Positions 37,644 through 48,304 of a DNA stretch of 64,000 bases are shown piece after piece; position 1 is the first letter of the stretch; the number at the start of each line of letters is the position of its first letter. Location of the stretch: NCBI GenBank assembly GCA_965116795.1, contig OZ220716.1, positions 618,503-682,502 of the forward strand. Direction: 5' to 3'. Below the pieces are notes generated by a model. It was given only the letters and a program-made list of their open reading frames with translations. It was not told where the DNA came from and ran no database searches. Source of the stretch: Gammaproteobacteria bacterium. GTDB taxonomy: Bacteria > Pseudomonadota > Gammaproteobacteria > JAJFKG01. Position numbers and translations under genes: made by a program.

Positions 37644-37718
37644 CTTCTCTCCCGATACATTGTTAGCGTGAACGCGATTATCGCCAGTTATATGACTGAC
37701 GTCCACTATCAGCAAAAC

Positions 37719-37910
37719 TGTGGATAACTTTGTGGTTAATTTTGTTGGTAATACCGTACTGGTTGACAAATAAAATGGGTTACATTAACGGCGTTGATTA
37801 ATTGCCCAAAAACTAGCCGAAATACAATGCATTAGCGGTACTAAATGCTTGATGAGTGGCTGAATAACTGATCCACACACCAGACAATCACTGACAACGG
37901 CTGTGGATAA
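37719..37910. promoter_or_regulatory. Second DnaA-box cluster upstream of folA
   Basis: TGTGGATAA 37719 and 37902 (perfect), TGTGGTTAA 37731, TGATCCACA 37869, plus degenerate boxes. Confidence 0.6.
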
Positions 37911-37955
37911 ATGCAGTCACTAATATAAAAATACGCGTGTTTTAGATGCTATTGA

Positions 37956-38519
37956 TTAAAGCCAGTCATCAACAAAGGCTGCCAGATCAGCATATACTAA
38001 TGCTTGTTTTACTAGCGGATCATCTGCATGTTGAGCAAGTGTTTGTGCCCCATTTCCTGTTTTAACCAATACCCACTGTTGGCAGCCAGCAGCGTGTGCT
38101 GCTTGCAAGTCACGCAAGGAGTCGCCAACCATGATGATGTCAGTTGGTTGGCAGCCAGATTGTTTCATTACGTGTTGTAATAACCCGGGCTTGGGTTTAC
38201 GACAATCACAGTTATCCCTTGGGGTATGCGGACAATAAACAATGCCGTCAATGTGGCCTTTTGCAGCGGTGATTGCGAGTTGCATTTTTTGATGGATAGA
38301 ATGTAACGTTGCTACATCAAATAAACCACGACCAACTCCAGATTGATTCGTTACAATAAATACACGGTAACCGGCTTGGTGTAATCGTGCAATTGCTGCC
38401 AAACTGCCTGGAATGGGTTGCCATTCATCAGGTGATTTAATGTAATTATCAGCATCGTGATTGATCACACCATCGCGATCCAATGCAATAACAGGATGTT
38501 TTAGTGTTGTTTGTTGCAT
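37956..38519 (-). CDS. gmhB: D-glycero-D-manno-heptose-1,7-bisphosphate phosphatase
   Basis: LDRDGVIN, VTNQSG, CPH...CDCRKPKPG, VGDS.RD. Confidence 0.92.
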   Translation of the reverse strand: MQQTTLKHPVIALDRDGVINHDADNYIKSPDEWQPIPGSLAAIARLHQAGYRVFIVTNQSGVGRGLFDVATLHSIHQKMQLAITAAKGHIDGIVYCPHTPRDNCDCRKPKPGLLQHVMKQSGCQPTDIIMVGDSLRDLQAAHAAGCQQWVLVKTGNGAQTLAQHADDPLVKQALVYADLAAFVDDWL

Positions 38520-38556
38520 GTGTGATAACCTTCCCTTCGCTTACTGCTGCGCCGGG

Positions 38557-40635
38557 TTATTGTAATAGCGAAATATCTGCCACATTTAAGAATAAATCTC
38601 GTAATTGAGTTAATAACGCCAATCGATTGTGTTTTTGTTTAGGATCGTCGGCCATGACTAACACGCTATCGAAAAAATCATCTACCGGTTGTTGTAAGTT
38701 TGCTAACAAAGACAACACATCAGCATACTGTTTTTGTTGTAATAAAGGGGTAATTTGTCTTTGTTTTTCACTAATGTGCTGCGCCAATTGTTTTTCTGCT
38801 GGTTCGCTTAGTACATTAAGATCTAATGTTGTTGGCTCTTCACTGCCAGATTTTTTCAATAAATTACTCACGCGTTTATTTGCCGCAGCTAGTGCTGCTG
38901 CTTGTGGTAATTGACGAAAGTGATCAACTGCGTGTAACCGTTGCCACGTATCGGTTGGGTTGGTCGATGCGCGCGCTAATACGGCAGCAAACACATCAGC
39001 CTTACCGCCTTGTTCAAGATACCAAGTACGCAATCGTTCTGATAAAAATTGAATGATATCGTCAACAGTTGATTGATTAGATAACGGTGTTTGATATTGT
39101 TCTAATGCGTACACTAATAACGATTCTAAGTTGATGTCGTATTGGTTTTCCACGATGATCCGCAACACACCCAAGCCAGCACGGCGCAACCCAAACGGGT
39201 CTTTATCGCCAGTTGGCGCTTGATTAATGCCAAAATGGCCTACTAATGAATCAATTTTATCAGCAAGCGCAACAATGCAACCGATAGTGGCGTTTGGGAT
39301 TGCATCATTAGCAAAACGTGGTTGGTAATGTTGTTTGATTGCATTAGCAACTTCTGGCGTTTCACCGTCATGTAATGCATAGTAATATCCCATGATCCCT
39401 TGTAATGCCGGGAATTCACCAACCATATTGGTTTTTAAATCGCATTTGGCTAGTAACCCAGCGCGCTCCGCAGCTTGTGGATCGGCTTTTAATGGTAATG
39501 CCAAGTGTTTTGCCAACATACTGATCCGTTGCACACGGTCACGCAAATTACCTAGTTTTTGTTGATAGATAACATGCGCTAATGTTGCTAAATGACTGGC
39601 TAAGCGTTGCTGTTTATCCGTTTCGAAAAAGAAAGCGGCATCGGCTAAGCGTGCATACATCACCCGTTGATTGCCTAAAATCACTGCCTGTTGATCACGA
39701 CTGTCGATGTTACAAACCGTAACAAAATACGGTAATAATTGATTGAGATCGGTTTTGCTAACAACAGCAAAACATTTTTGATGTGATTGCATCGCACAGA
39801 TTAATGCTTCTTTGGGTACACTCAAAAAATGCGGATCAAATTCAATCGATAATGCAACTGGCCATTCGACAATGGCGGCAACTTCATCGAGCAACGCATC
39901 ATCAATTAACACGTCACCATCGCTTAATTTAGCGTTAATTGCTTCGATTTGTTGGCAAATACGCAAACGACGTAGTGCTGGATCAGCGATTACATAGCCG
40001 GTTTTTTCAAGGATTGTGGCATATTCATCAGCGTGCTTAATCACTAATGCGTGTGGGTGATGAAAACGGTGACCATAGGTTTTATTACCGGTGTTAATGC
40101 CTAATATCGTGGTATCGATCACCTGACTACCATATAACAAAGTTACCCAATGCACTGGACGTGCGAATTCAGTTGTGTGCGAACCCCAACGCATTGGTTT
40201 AGGGATCGGTAATTGGGTGATCGCATGGTTAATGATGTTAGGTAATACGGTTTCAATCGATTCACCACCGGCTTGATAACGGTGCATTAACCAGGTGCCT
40301 TTATCAGTTTTAACGTGTTCAAGTGCATCCACTGCAACACCACACGACTTTGCAAACCCTAAACAAGCTGGCGTTGGGTTACCATTATTATCAAATGCAC
40401 GTTCAAGTGACGGCCCTTTACGTTCCATGCGTTGCGTTGGTTGTTTGGCGATGACATCACGCACAATTACCGCTAAACGTCTAGGGGTTGCATAGGTTTG
40501 CAACTCACCATGAGTAAACTGTTGTTGATCTAAACCAATACCAATCTGTTTTGTGAGAACATTAGCCAATGTTGCCAATGCCTTTGGTGGCAATTCTTCG
40601 CAACCAATTTCAAATAAAATATCATCTTTATTCAT
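38557..40635 (-). CDS. glyS: Glycine--tRNA ligase beta subunit
   Basis: FEIGCEELPP, TPRRLA, MRWG, DPFGLRR, FFD.V.VM..D...NRL. Confidence 0.97.
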   Translation of the reverse strand: MNKDDILFEIGCEELPPKALATLANVLTKQIGIGLDQQQFTHGELQTYATPRRLAVIVRDVIAKQPTQRMERKGPSLERAFDNNGNPTPACLGFAKSCGVAVDALEHVKTDKGTWLMHRYQAGGESIETVLPNIINHAITQLPIPKPMRWGSHTTEFARPVHWVTLLYGSQVIDTTILGINTGNKTYGHRFHHPHALVIKHADEYATILEKTGYVIADPALRRLRICQQIEAINAKLSDGDVLIDDALLDEVAAIVEWPVALSIEFDPHFLSVPKEALICAMQSHQKCFAVVSKTDLNQLLPYFVTVCNIDSRDQQAVILGNQRVMYARLADAAFFFETDKQQRLASHLATLAHVIYQQKLGNLRDRVQRISMLAKHLALPLKADPQAAERAGLLAKCDLKTNMVGEFPALQGIMGYYYALHDGETPEVANAIKQHYQPRFANDAIPNATIGCIVALADKIDSLVGHFGINQAPTGDKDPFGLRRAGLGVLRIIVENQYDINLESLLVYALEQYQTPLSNQSTVDDIIQFLSERLRTWYLEQGGKADVFAAVLARASTNPTDTWQRLHAVDHFRQLPQAAALAAANKRVSNLLKKSGSEEPTTLDLNVLSEPAEKQLAQHISEKQRQITPLLQQKQYADVLSLLANLQQPVDDFFDSVLVMADDPKQKHNRLALLTQLRDLFLNVADISLLQ

Positions 40636-40648
40636 TGAATTATGCTCG

Positions 40649-41743
40649 TTATAAAATGCCGGTTAAACGAATATCACGTTTAAAATACCCTTGCGACATC
40701 GCTTGTTTGGCTTGCAATAATGTTTGTTCAGCAATTGCATTGGCGTGTGCCGTGCCGTCACGTAATATTGATAACACTTGAGCACGATCATCAGCAAAGT
40801 CAGCACGTCGTTGTTGCATTGGTGTTAATAAGTCAACTAATACGTCAACTAATGCTTTTTTACAGGCAACATCACCGATGGCACCGGCTTGGTATTGTGT
40901 TTTAGCCTGTTTGACCCATTGTTTATCTGAGTTAAAGGTATCGTGAAAGATCCACAATGGATTGTTTTCAACCGTGCCTGGATCGCTGGCACGTAAGCGT
41001 TTTGGATCGGTATACATCTTCATGACTTTGTCACGGATTACATCGGGTGGATCACTTAAAAAAATCGCATTATTTAACGATTTGCTCATTTTCACTAACT
41101 GTCCTTGTGAATTGGGTCCACCGGTACCGACTAAACGACGTGTGCGACCTAATTTAGTTTGTGGGATTGGAAATAACCCACCGTTGGCAACGTAATCAGC
41201 ATCTGCTGTGTGTGGATCAACATTGCAATACAATTGATTAAAACGTCGTGCTACTTCGCGGGTTAATTCCATATGCGGTTCTTGATCTTCACCAACGGGC
41301 ACAATCTCAGTGCGAAATGCGAGAATGTCAGCTACTTGATTAACCGGATACATTAAAAAACCGATCGAGTAATTATCCCCTAACCCTTTATTGCGAATTT
41401 CATCTTTGATGGTTGGGTTGCGCATTAAGCGTGGTAGTGGCACCAACATGCTAAAAAAGTGGGATAATTCTGCTAATGCCGGCACTTCGGATTGAATAAA
41501 TATTGTAGCTTGTGTTGGATCAATTCCGCATGCTAAATAATCTAACGCAACTTCTAACGTATTATCACGCAATATCTGTGGCTGTTGTACGCACGTTGTG
41601 AGTCCTTGCACGTCGGCAATAAAGAAAAAACACTCGTATTGTTGCTGCAACGCGACACGATTTTCTAATGAACCTACCCAATGCCCTAAATGCAGCTTGC
41701 CAGTAGGCGTATCGCCAGAAACTAATCGAGGTTTGTTTGCCAT
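40649..41743 (-). CDS. trpS: Tryptophan--tRNA ligase (TrpRS-II/Chlamydia-like type)
   Basis: GDTPTGKLHLGHWVGS (HIGH), VPVGEDQ..H.ELTR, KMSKS, MYTDP...PG.VE.NP. Confidence 0.93.
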   Translation of the reverse strand: MANKPRLVSGDTPTGKLHLGHWVGSLENRVALQQQYECFFFIADVQGLTTCVQQPQILRDNTLEVALDYLACGIDPTQATIFIQSEVPALAELSHFFSMLVPLPRLMRNPTIKDEIRNKGLGDNYSIGFLMYPVNQVADILAFRTEIVPVGEDQEPHMELTREVARRFNQLYCNVDPHTADADYVANGGLFPIPQTKLGRTRRLVGTGGPNSQGQLVKMSKSLNNAIFLSDPPDVIRDKVMKMYTDPKRLRASDPGTVENNPLWIFHDTFNSDKQWVKQAKTQYQAGAIGDVACKKALVDVLVDLLTPMQQRRADFADDRAQVLSILRDGTAHANAIAEQTLLQAKQAMSQGYFKRDIRLTGIL

Positions 41744-41755
41744 TGCGATATCCTA

Positions 41756-42676
41756 TTATGTTGTTTGTGTCGTATTTGTTTGTAATGGGAAGCCCAATGC
41801 TTCGCGTGCTTGATAATAACAAGTTGTTACCGCACGAGTTAATGTGCGTACCCGTAAAATATAGCGCTGGCGTTCCGTCACTGAAATGGCGTGACGTGCA
41901 TCGAGTAAGTTAAATGTATGTGATGCCTTTAATGCCATTTCATATGCCGGCAAGGGTAGTGACAATTCAATTAAGTGTTGGCTTTGTTGTTCATAGGCAT
42001 CGAATTGTTGGAATAACATGTGTGTGTTAGCGTGCTCAAAATTATAGGCCGATAGTTCTTTTTCATTTTGTTTGAACATGTCGCCATAGGTAATCGTACC
42101 GATTGCAGTATTTGCCCAGACTAAATCAAACATGCTATCAACATTTTGTAAATACATGGCAATGCGCTCTAAACCGTAGGTTAATTCGCCAGTAACCGGT
42201 TGGCATGTTAAGCCACCGACTTGTTGAAAGTAAGTAAATTGCGAAATCTCCATACCGTCTTGCCATACTTCCCAACCTAATCCCCATGCGCCTAATGTAG
42301 GCGATTCCCAATTGTCTTCAACAAAACGAATGTCGTGTACCAGTGGATCGATGCCAAGTGCACGCAACGAGTCCAAGTATAAGTCTTGAATATTGTCAGG
42401 AGACGGTTTGATTATCACTTGAAATTGATAATAGTGTTGCCCGCGATTTGGGTTGTCAGCATAACGGCCGTCAGTTGGGCGCCGTGATGGCTGCACATAG
42501 GCGCAATACCATGGTTCTGGGCCAATTGCGCGTAAAAAAGAACATGGATGAAATGTTCCAGCGCCGACTTCCATATCCAATGGTTGTACTAATAAACAGC
42601 CTTGCGCTTGCCAAAATTGTTGTAGTGTTTGGATTAACCCTTGAAACGTGGTGACATCCGGGGTGTGATTAGACAA
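41756..42676 (-). CDS. glyQ: Glycine--tRNA ligase alpha subunit
   Basis: [45 protein letters not shown]. Confidence 0.98.
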   Translation of the reverse strand: MSNHTPDVTTFQGLIQTLQQFWQAQGCLLVQPLDMEVGAGTFHPCSFLRAIGPEPWYCAYVQPSRRPTDGRYADNPNRGQHYYQFQVIIKPSPDNIQDLYLDSLRALGIDPLVHDIRFVEDNWESPTLGAWGLGWEVWQDGMEISQFTYFQQVGGLTCQPVTGELTYGLERIAMYLQNVDSMFDLVWANTAIGTITYGDMFKQNEKELSAYNFEHANTHMLFQQFDAYEQQSQHLIELSLPLPAYEMALKASHTFNLLDARHAISVTERQRYILRVRTLTRAVTTCYYQAREALGFPLQTNTTQTT

Positions 42677-42799
42677 AACGCCTCCAACCTGTCGCGTAAA
42701 TCGCGCTATTCTAACATTGAATGGGCAGTTGCTAACAATGAATTAGTAGTATTTCTTCGTCTGTTACCAACTATTGAGTCACTTATTTTCTAAAAACCG

Positions 42800-42842
42800 C
42801 GTCATTCTGGACTCACTCGCAAGCTCGTTCTCCAGAATGACG
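42800..42842. repeat. CGTC-tagged REP-like palindrome
   Basis: CGTCATTCTGGA...TCCAGAATGACG 12-bp IR; shares CAAGCTCG..CTCCAGAATGAC with the 50139 element. Confidence 0.65.
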
Positions 42843-42885
42843 GAGTTCTCAGTAATAATATGCGGCATAGTTGATGATGTTGTAT

Positions 42886-43410
42886 TTAACCCTGATGCTG
42901 ATTTTTTAAAGTAACATAGTGTTGTGCGCTATATAAAATGCTGGCCTTTTCATCAGCAGTGAGTGGGCGTATTTGCCGTGCTGGACTACCCATCCACAAG
43001 TAACCGCCTTTAATAATTTTCTTGCTAGGGATCAAACTCCCCGCTGCAACAATGGTATCAGATTCAATCACTGCATCATCCATGATGATGCTACCCATGC
43101 CGATTAAACAACGCGATTGCACAGTGCAACCGTGCAAAATAACTCGATGACCGATGGTCACATCGTCGCCGATTGTTAACTGTGAACTGGGATGGTACGG
43201 GCTACCGATGTGATTCACATGTCCAATACTGTGATCTTGAATGTTTGTTCGATCACCAACGGTGATCGTATTTACATCGCCGCGTAATACTGTCATTGGT
43301 AAGATAAAACAATCTTGTCCTAAGGTGACATTGCCTAACACTAATGCGGTTTCATCGATATGAGTACCGCGACCGATGTGTGGTGTACTATTGGCAAATG
43401 CTCGAATCAT
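42886..43410 (-). CDS. Gamma-carbonic anhydrase family protein (YrdA-like)
   Basis: VLRGDVN.I.VG.RTNIQD, TIGH.VILHGC, hexapeptide repeats. Confidence 0.9.
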   Translation of the reverse strand: MIRAFANSTPHIGRGTHIDETALVLGNVTLGQDCFILPMTVLRGDVNTITVGDRTNIQDHSIGHVNHIGSPYHPSSQLTIGDDVTIGHRVILHGCTVQSRCLIGMGSIIMDDAVIESDTIVAAGSLIPSKKIIKGGYLWMGSPARQIRPLTADEKASILYSAQHYVTLKNQHQG

Positions 43411-43718
43411 GTTGATGCCGTTTTGTAATCATTGGCTAATTGGTACAAGTATTCCCAGGTAAATAAGCCAGTGTTATGTCCATCATCAAATGCAAATTTG
43501 ATTGCGTAATTGCCCACAGGCGTTATTTCAATAATATTAATGCATTGTTGATTATTTGCTGATGCTGAGTCATTAGTACGTTGTTGTTGATTATCTGCTG
43601 ATGGTGAATTAATTCGTAAATAAGCGCACGGTAATTTAACGTGTAGCCCATTACTAAAGGTAATCTGCACACAACGTGATTTTTGTAATACTTGAATGTC
43701 AGTAGGAATGGGGTGCAT
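43407..43718 (-). CDS. DUF971 / gamma-butyrobetaine hydroxylase N-terminal-like protein
   Basis: YLRINSPSA, VGNYAI..FDDGH.TG.FTW.YL; typical position after hslU. Confidence 0.85.
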   Translation of the reverse strand: MHPIPTDIQVLQKSRCVQITFSNGLHVKLPCAYLRINSPSADNQQQRTNDSASANNQQCINIIEITPVGNYAIKFAFDDGHNTGLFTWEYLYQLANDYKTAST

Positions 43719-43741
43719 TATTTTATCCTAAATAAACGTTT

Positions 43742-45097
43742 CTAAAGAATATAACGACTCCAATCTTCATCATCCGCCAACGCTTTTAATGCTTCATTAA
43801 CGTATTGTTTATCAATATTGACTTGTTCGCCTTCTTTATCCGCAGCGTTAAATGATAGTTTCTCAAGTAACCGTTCCATCACTGTGTGTAATCTGCGTGC
43901 ACCGATATTTTCGGTTTTTTCGTTAACGTGTGCAGCAATTTCAGCTAAGCGTTCGATCGCATCATCAGTAAATGATAACGTCACACCTTCGGTTGCCATC
44001 AAGGCAATGTATTGTTTAGTCAACGATGCATCTGGTTCAGTTAAGATCTTAATAAAATCTTGTTTTTTTAACGCGGCCAATTCAACGCGAATCGGTAAAC
44101 GGCCCTGTAATTCAGCGACCAGATCAGACGGTTTAGTCATGTGAAATGCGCCAGAAGCAATAAACAAAATATGATCTGTTTTTATCATGCCGTATTTAGT
44201 TGATACCGTGCAGCCTTCAACCAAAGGTAATAAATCGCGTTGTACGCCTTCACGTGATACATCACCGCCACTGACATTATCAGCACGTCGACACACTTTG
44301 TCGATTTCATCGATAAACACAATGCCGTTTTGTTCAACATTATGTAACGCATTTAATTTAACCTCATCATCATTGACTAATTTTGCGGCTTCTTCATCGC
44401 GCTTTACCCGCAACGCATCTTTGATGCGCATTTTGCGTTTTTTAGAACGTGATGGCCCCATGTTTTGTAATAAATCTTGTAGTTGGTTAGTCATTTCTTC
44501 CATGCCTGGCGGTGCCATGATTTCAACACCGACTGAATTAGCTACTTCAATTTCAATTTCTTTATCATCTAAGTCACCTTCACGTAACTGTTTGCGAAAT
44601 AATTGACGCGTGCTGTCATCAGTTGTCTTATTATCAGTTGGTGCATTTGCGAAACCTTTGGGTTGTGGTAATAAGGCATCTAAGATCCGATCTTCTGCGG
44701 CCTCTTCAGCAAGGTAATGCACTTTTTTCATCGCTTGTTCACGCCCATGTTTCACCGCCGCTTCGACCAAATCACGAATAATCGATTCGACTTCGCGTCC
44801 AACGTAACCTACTTCAGTGAATTTAGTTGCCTCAACTTTAATAAACGGTGCATTGGCTAATTTAGCAAGTCGTCTGGCAATTTCCGTTTTACCCACACCA
44901 GTTGGACCAATCATTAGAATGTTTTTCGGCATGATTTCATGGCGCAATGCTTCATCGTCAATTTGTGTGCGTCGCCAACGGTTACGCAATGCAATAGCAA
45001 CCGCACGTTTTGCGTCATCTTGTCCGATGATAAAACGATCTAGCTCGTGAACGGTTTCTTTGGGTGTCATTACTGATGATTCAATAGGAATAGCCAT
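43742..45097 (-). CDS. hslU: ATP-dependent protease ATPase subunit
   Basis: [37 protein letters not shown]. Confidence 0.98.
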   Translation of the reverse strand: MAIPIESSVMTPKETVHELDRFIIGQDDAKRAVAIALRNRWRRTQIDDEALRHEIMPKNILMIGPTGVGKTEIARRLAKLANAPFIKVEATKFTEVGYVGREVESIIRDLVEAAVKHGREQAMKKVHYLAEEAAEDRILDALLPQPKGFANAPTDNKTTDDSTRQLFRKQLREGDLDDKEIEIEVANSVGVEIMAPPGMEEMTNQLQDLLQNMGPSRSKKRKMRIKDALRVKRDEEAAKLVNDDEVKLNALHNVEQNGIVFIDEIDKVCRRADNVSGGDVSREGVQRDLLPLVEGCTVSTKYGMIKTDHILFIASGAFHMTKPSDLVAELQGRLPIRVELAALKKQDFIKILTEPDASLTKQYIALMATEGVTLSFTDDAIERLAEIAAHVNEKTENIGARRLHTVMERLLEKLSFNAADKEGEQVNIDKQYVNEALKALADDEDWSRYIL

Positions 45098-45126
45098 GGT
45101 ATTACTCTCTTGTTGTGTGCGTGTTA

Positions 45127-45660
45127 CTATAATTCTTCAATAACGAAATTATGATTAGTGTAAATGCAAATATCGCCGGCAATGGTTAAGGCTTTTTCAA
45201 CGACATTGCGCGCACCTAATTTAGTATTATCCAATAAGGCGCGTGCTGCTGCTCGTGCAAATTCACCACCGGAGCCAATCGCGATTAAACTGTCTTCTGG
45301 TTCGATCACATCACCGTTACCGGTAATCACTAACGATGTGGTTGCATCGGCGACGGCTAATAATGCTTCTAAACGACGTAACATCCGATCAGTGCGCCAA
45401 TCTTTGGCGAGCTCGACCGCAGCGCGGGTTAAATTACCGTGATGTGCTTCTAATTTTCCTTCAAAGCGTTCAAATAAGGTAAATGCATCGGCAGTACCAC
45501 CAGCAAATCCGGCAATCACTTGATTATTATATAAACGACGCACTTTACGCGCATTGCCTTTCATGACGGTATTGCCTTGGGTTACTTGGCCATCACCACC
45601 GATCACGACATTGTTGCCACGACGTACCGACAAGATAGTTGTTCCGCGATATTGCTCCAC
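45127..45660 (-). CDS. hslV: ATP-dependent protease peptidase subunit
   Basis: [36 protein letters not shown]. Confidence 0.98.
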   Translation of the reverse strand: MEQYRGTTILSVRRGNNVVIGGDGQVTQGNTVMKGNARKVRRLYNNQVIAGFAGGTADAFTLFERFEGKLEAHHGNLTRAAVELAKDWRTDRMLRRLEALLAVADATTSLVITGNGDVIEPEDSLIAIGSGGEFARAAARALLDNTKLGARNVVEKALTIAGDICIYTNHNFVIEEL

Positions 45661-45731
45661 TTACTGTTCCTCATTTATTAACTACGCGAACCATGCCATA
45701 TGGGGGTGTTGGCGTAAAGTTCAAGCCGGTC

Positions 45732-46304
45732 CTACCCGACTTTACGTAATAAACTATTGATATGCTGTTTAGTTAATTCAGCTTGTGCACGACGTGCAGA
45801 CTGTGCAGAGGCATAAGGGCCTACCCAAACGCGATACCATTGTTGTTGTGCCTGTTGATAATGACGCACATTGACGTCAAAACCAAGCAAGCTTAAACGG
45901 GCTTTTAATGCATCAGCATCTGTACGGTTTTTAAATGAAGCAACTTGCAACACATATTGTGTGCTCGCTGGTGTTGCTTTGTTTGGTGCAGTCGTAACAG
46001 GCACAGGCCGTTTGGTTTTGGGTGCTGATTCTGTGACAGGCACTTCTACAGCAGGCAACATTTGATAAAAATCAAACGTTGGCTTTATCCGTGGTGTTGT
46101 TTCTGATGTTGTTATAGGTTGTTTGCTGAATACGCCTTGACGTTGCAAATAAATCACTGTCGTTATTACCACCAAGGCCAATAATCCGAATAGCCACTTC
46201 ATCCACGGTGCTGTACTGGTTGTTGTCGCTTGTGTCGTGCGAGTTGATGCACGACGTTTTTTATTTGATGTTTTTGTCGCACGTTTTTTGGTTGTTTTTG
46301 CCAT
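45732..46304 (-). CDS. SPOR-domain cell-division protein (FtsN-like)
   Basis: Basic N-terminus, single TM, FDFY..LP, SPOR motifs LQVASF and WYRVWVGPY; argS-SPOR-hslVU synteny. Confidence 0.85.
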   Translation of the reverse strand: MAKTTKKRATKTSNKKRRASTRTTQATTTSTAPWMKWLFGLLALVVITTVIYLQRQGVFSKQPITTSETTPRIKPTFDFYQMLPAVEVPVTESAPKTKRPVPVTTAPNKATPASTQYVLQVASFKNRTDADALKARLSLLGFDVNVRHYQQAQQQWYRVWVGPYASAQSARRAQAELTKQHINSLLRKVG

Positions 46305-46314
46305 GATTAATTAC

Positions 46315-48075
46315 CTACATTTTTTCTGGTGCACTAACCCCAATTAATGATAATCCATTTTGCAGCACAATTTGTACTGCATTAACTAAACACAAACGCG
46401 CATCGCGCACAGCATTATCATCTACAATAAACTGCTGTGCATTGTAATACGCATGAAAGCTGGCGGCTAATTCACGTAAATAATGCGCGATCCCATGTGC
46501 TTCTAATGTGCTAGCACCATGAACAATCATCTCAGGATAACGGGCTAACAAGGGTAACAATGCTTTTTCAGTTGGATCTGATAACGCCGCTAGATTTGCC
46601 AAACCGTTACGCATATCGTGACGGATGCCTTTCTCGGTCAATTGTCGCCAAATGCTGCAAATCCGCGCATGTGCATACTGAATATAATACACTGGATTAT
46701 CGTTGGTTTTTGATATTGCCAATGTCAGATCAAAATCCATGTGTTGTTCGTGTTTGCGCATCACATAAAAAAATCGTGCAGCATCATTACCGACTTCTTG
46801 ACGCAATTGACGCAACGTCACGTATTCACCACTGCGCGTTGACATCGATACCTTTTGTTTATCACGCCATAAAATCGCAAACTGTACGAATGAAACAATA
46901 AAGCTGTCATCAACTTGTTTACCCATTGCGGTTAAAAATGCACGTAATCTAGCGACATAACCGTGGTGATCTGCACCAAATATGTTGATCACTTTAGTAA
47001 AGCCACGGTTATATTTATTCATTTGATAAGCGACATCAGAAGCAAAATACGTGGTCTGACCGTTTTCACGCACCAATACCCGATCTTTGTCATCACCAAA
47101 TGCAGTTGATTTAAACCACAGTGCACCATCACGTTGGTAAGTGTGTCCACCGTCAGTTAATTGTTGAATACCCGTTTGAATATCACCGCTGTCGGTTAAA
47201 CTGCGTTCAGAAAACCATTGATCAAATGTCACACCAAATTCAGCCAAATCATCGTGAATGTCTTGTCGTAACGTATCTGCTGCTATGGTTTGCAATTGCC
47301 AATAGGCATCACTAAGACTGTTCTTAGCATACGCAATTAATGCATCGATATACTGATCGTTAGTCTTTTCTGTGTCTGCTGGTAATGTAGCTGTTATCTC
47401 AGTTGCTGATCGTTGTAATACAGTGCCAATATCATTAAATAACAACTTGGCAATGGTGTGAATGTAATCGCCTTGATAGCCTGCACTCGGAAATGGCATG
47501 GCTTCATTACACAATTGTAAATAACGACACCATACACTGACTGCCAAGATCGACATTTGTCGACCCGCATCGTTAACATAATATTCACGATGCACTTGAA
47601 AATCAGCAGCAGTTAAGATATTTGCAAGCGTTGCTCCGTAAGCTGCTCCACGCCCATGCCCAACGTGTAATGGACCAGTAGGATTAGCAGAGACATATTC
47701 AATATGTATACGTTGTTGTTTGCCATAATCGCTGTGACCGTATGTATGTTTACGTTCAAGAATCTCAGTGATTATTTGCAAGTTAGCATTGTCAGCTAAA
47801 TAAAAATTAATAAAACCCGGTCCAGCAATATCAACCTTAGCAACGTTGGCGATCACAGGCAGTTGTGCAATGATTTTAGTTGCAATTGTGCGTGGTGGTT
47901 GTTTGAGGATCTTAGCTGCTAATAATGCAATGTTAGATGTCCAGTCACCAAATTGACTATCACGTGTGCGTGTTAGTTGAACATTGCATTGTGTAGTGAC
48001 ATCACTTGCAAAATCACCGTTGTCATGCAATTCGGTTAACGCGTTGGTGATGTGCTCAGTTAATTGGGTCTTCAT
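46315..48075 (-). CDS. argS: Arginine--tRNA ligase
   Basis: SANPTGPLHVGHGR, GADHHGY, MSTRSG, YIQYAHARICS, APEKM. Confidence 0.98.
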   Translation of the reverse strand: MKTQLTEHITNALTELHDNGDFASDVTTQCNVQLTRTRDSQFGDWTSNIALLAAKILKQPPRTIATKIIAQLPVIANVAKVDIAGPGFINFYLADNANLQIITEILERKHTYGHSDYGKQQRIHIEYVSANPTGPLHVGHGRGAAYGATLANILTAADFQVHREYYVNDAGRQMSILAVSVWCRYLQLCNEAMPFPSAGYQGDYIHTIAKLLFNDIGTVLQRSATEITATLPADTEKTNDQYIDALIAYAKNSLSDAYWQLQTIAADTLRQDIHDDLAEFGVTFDQWFSERSLTDSGDIQTGIQQLTDGGHTYQRDGALWFKSTAFGDDKDRVLVRENGQTTYFASDVAYQMNKYNRGFTKVINIFGADHHGYVARLRAFLTAMGKQVDDSFIVSFVQFAILWRDKQKVSMSTRSGEYVTLRQLRQEVGNDAARFFYVMRKHEQHMDFDLTLAISKTNDNPVYYIQYAHARICSIWRQLTEKGIRHDMRNGLANLAALSDPTEKALLPLLARYPEMIVHGASTLEAHGIAHYLRELAASFHAYYNAQQFIVDDNAVRDARLCLVNAVQIVLQNGLSLIGVSAPEKM

Positions 48076-48304
48076 CGATGTGTTGGTAGTTTGCTATTGA
48101 GTTGGCGATATTCAAATCACCAACGATATCAACGGGCTGCTATTGTCCCATCCTGATTAAATTTGGCAAGAATTTCTTATATTGTTCAATAAGTTATCGT
48201 CCTTAACCTAATTTTACCCTGAAAAAGAGTAGATTTTGTCCATAATTAAAGGAATGGGTGTACCTAATATTAATGTGGATTGCACGAAGGAGATTTCCCC
48301 GCCT

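Noticed and set aside
37644-37769. 42-aa N-terminal extension of DHFR
   Set aside because: Starts at TTG without a clear RBS and runs across DnaA boxes; a good RBS precedes ATG 37643.
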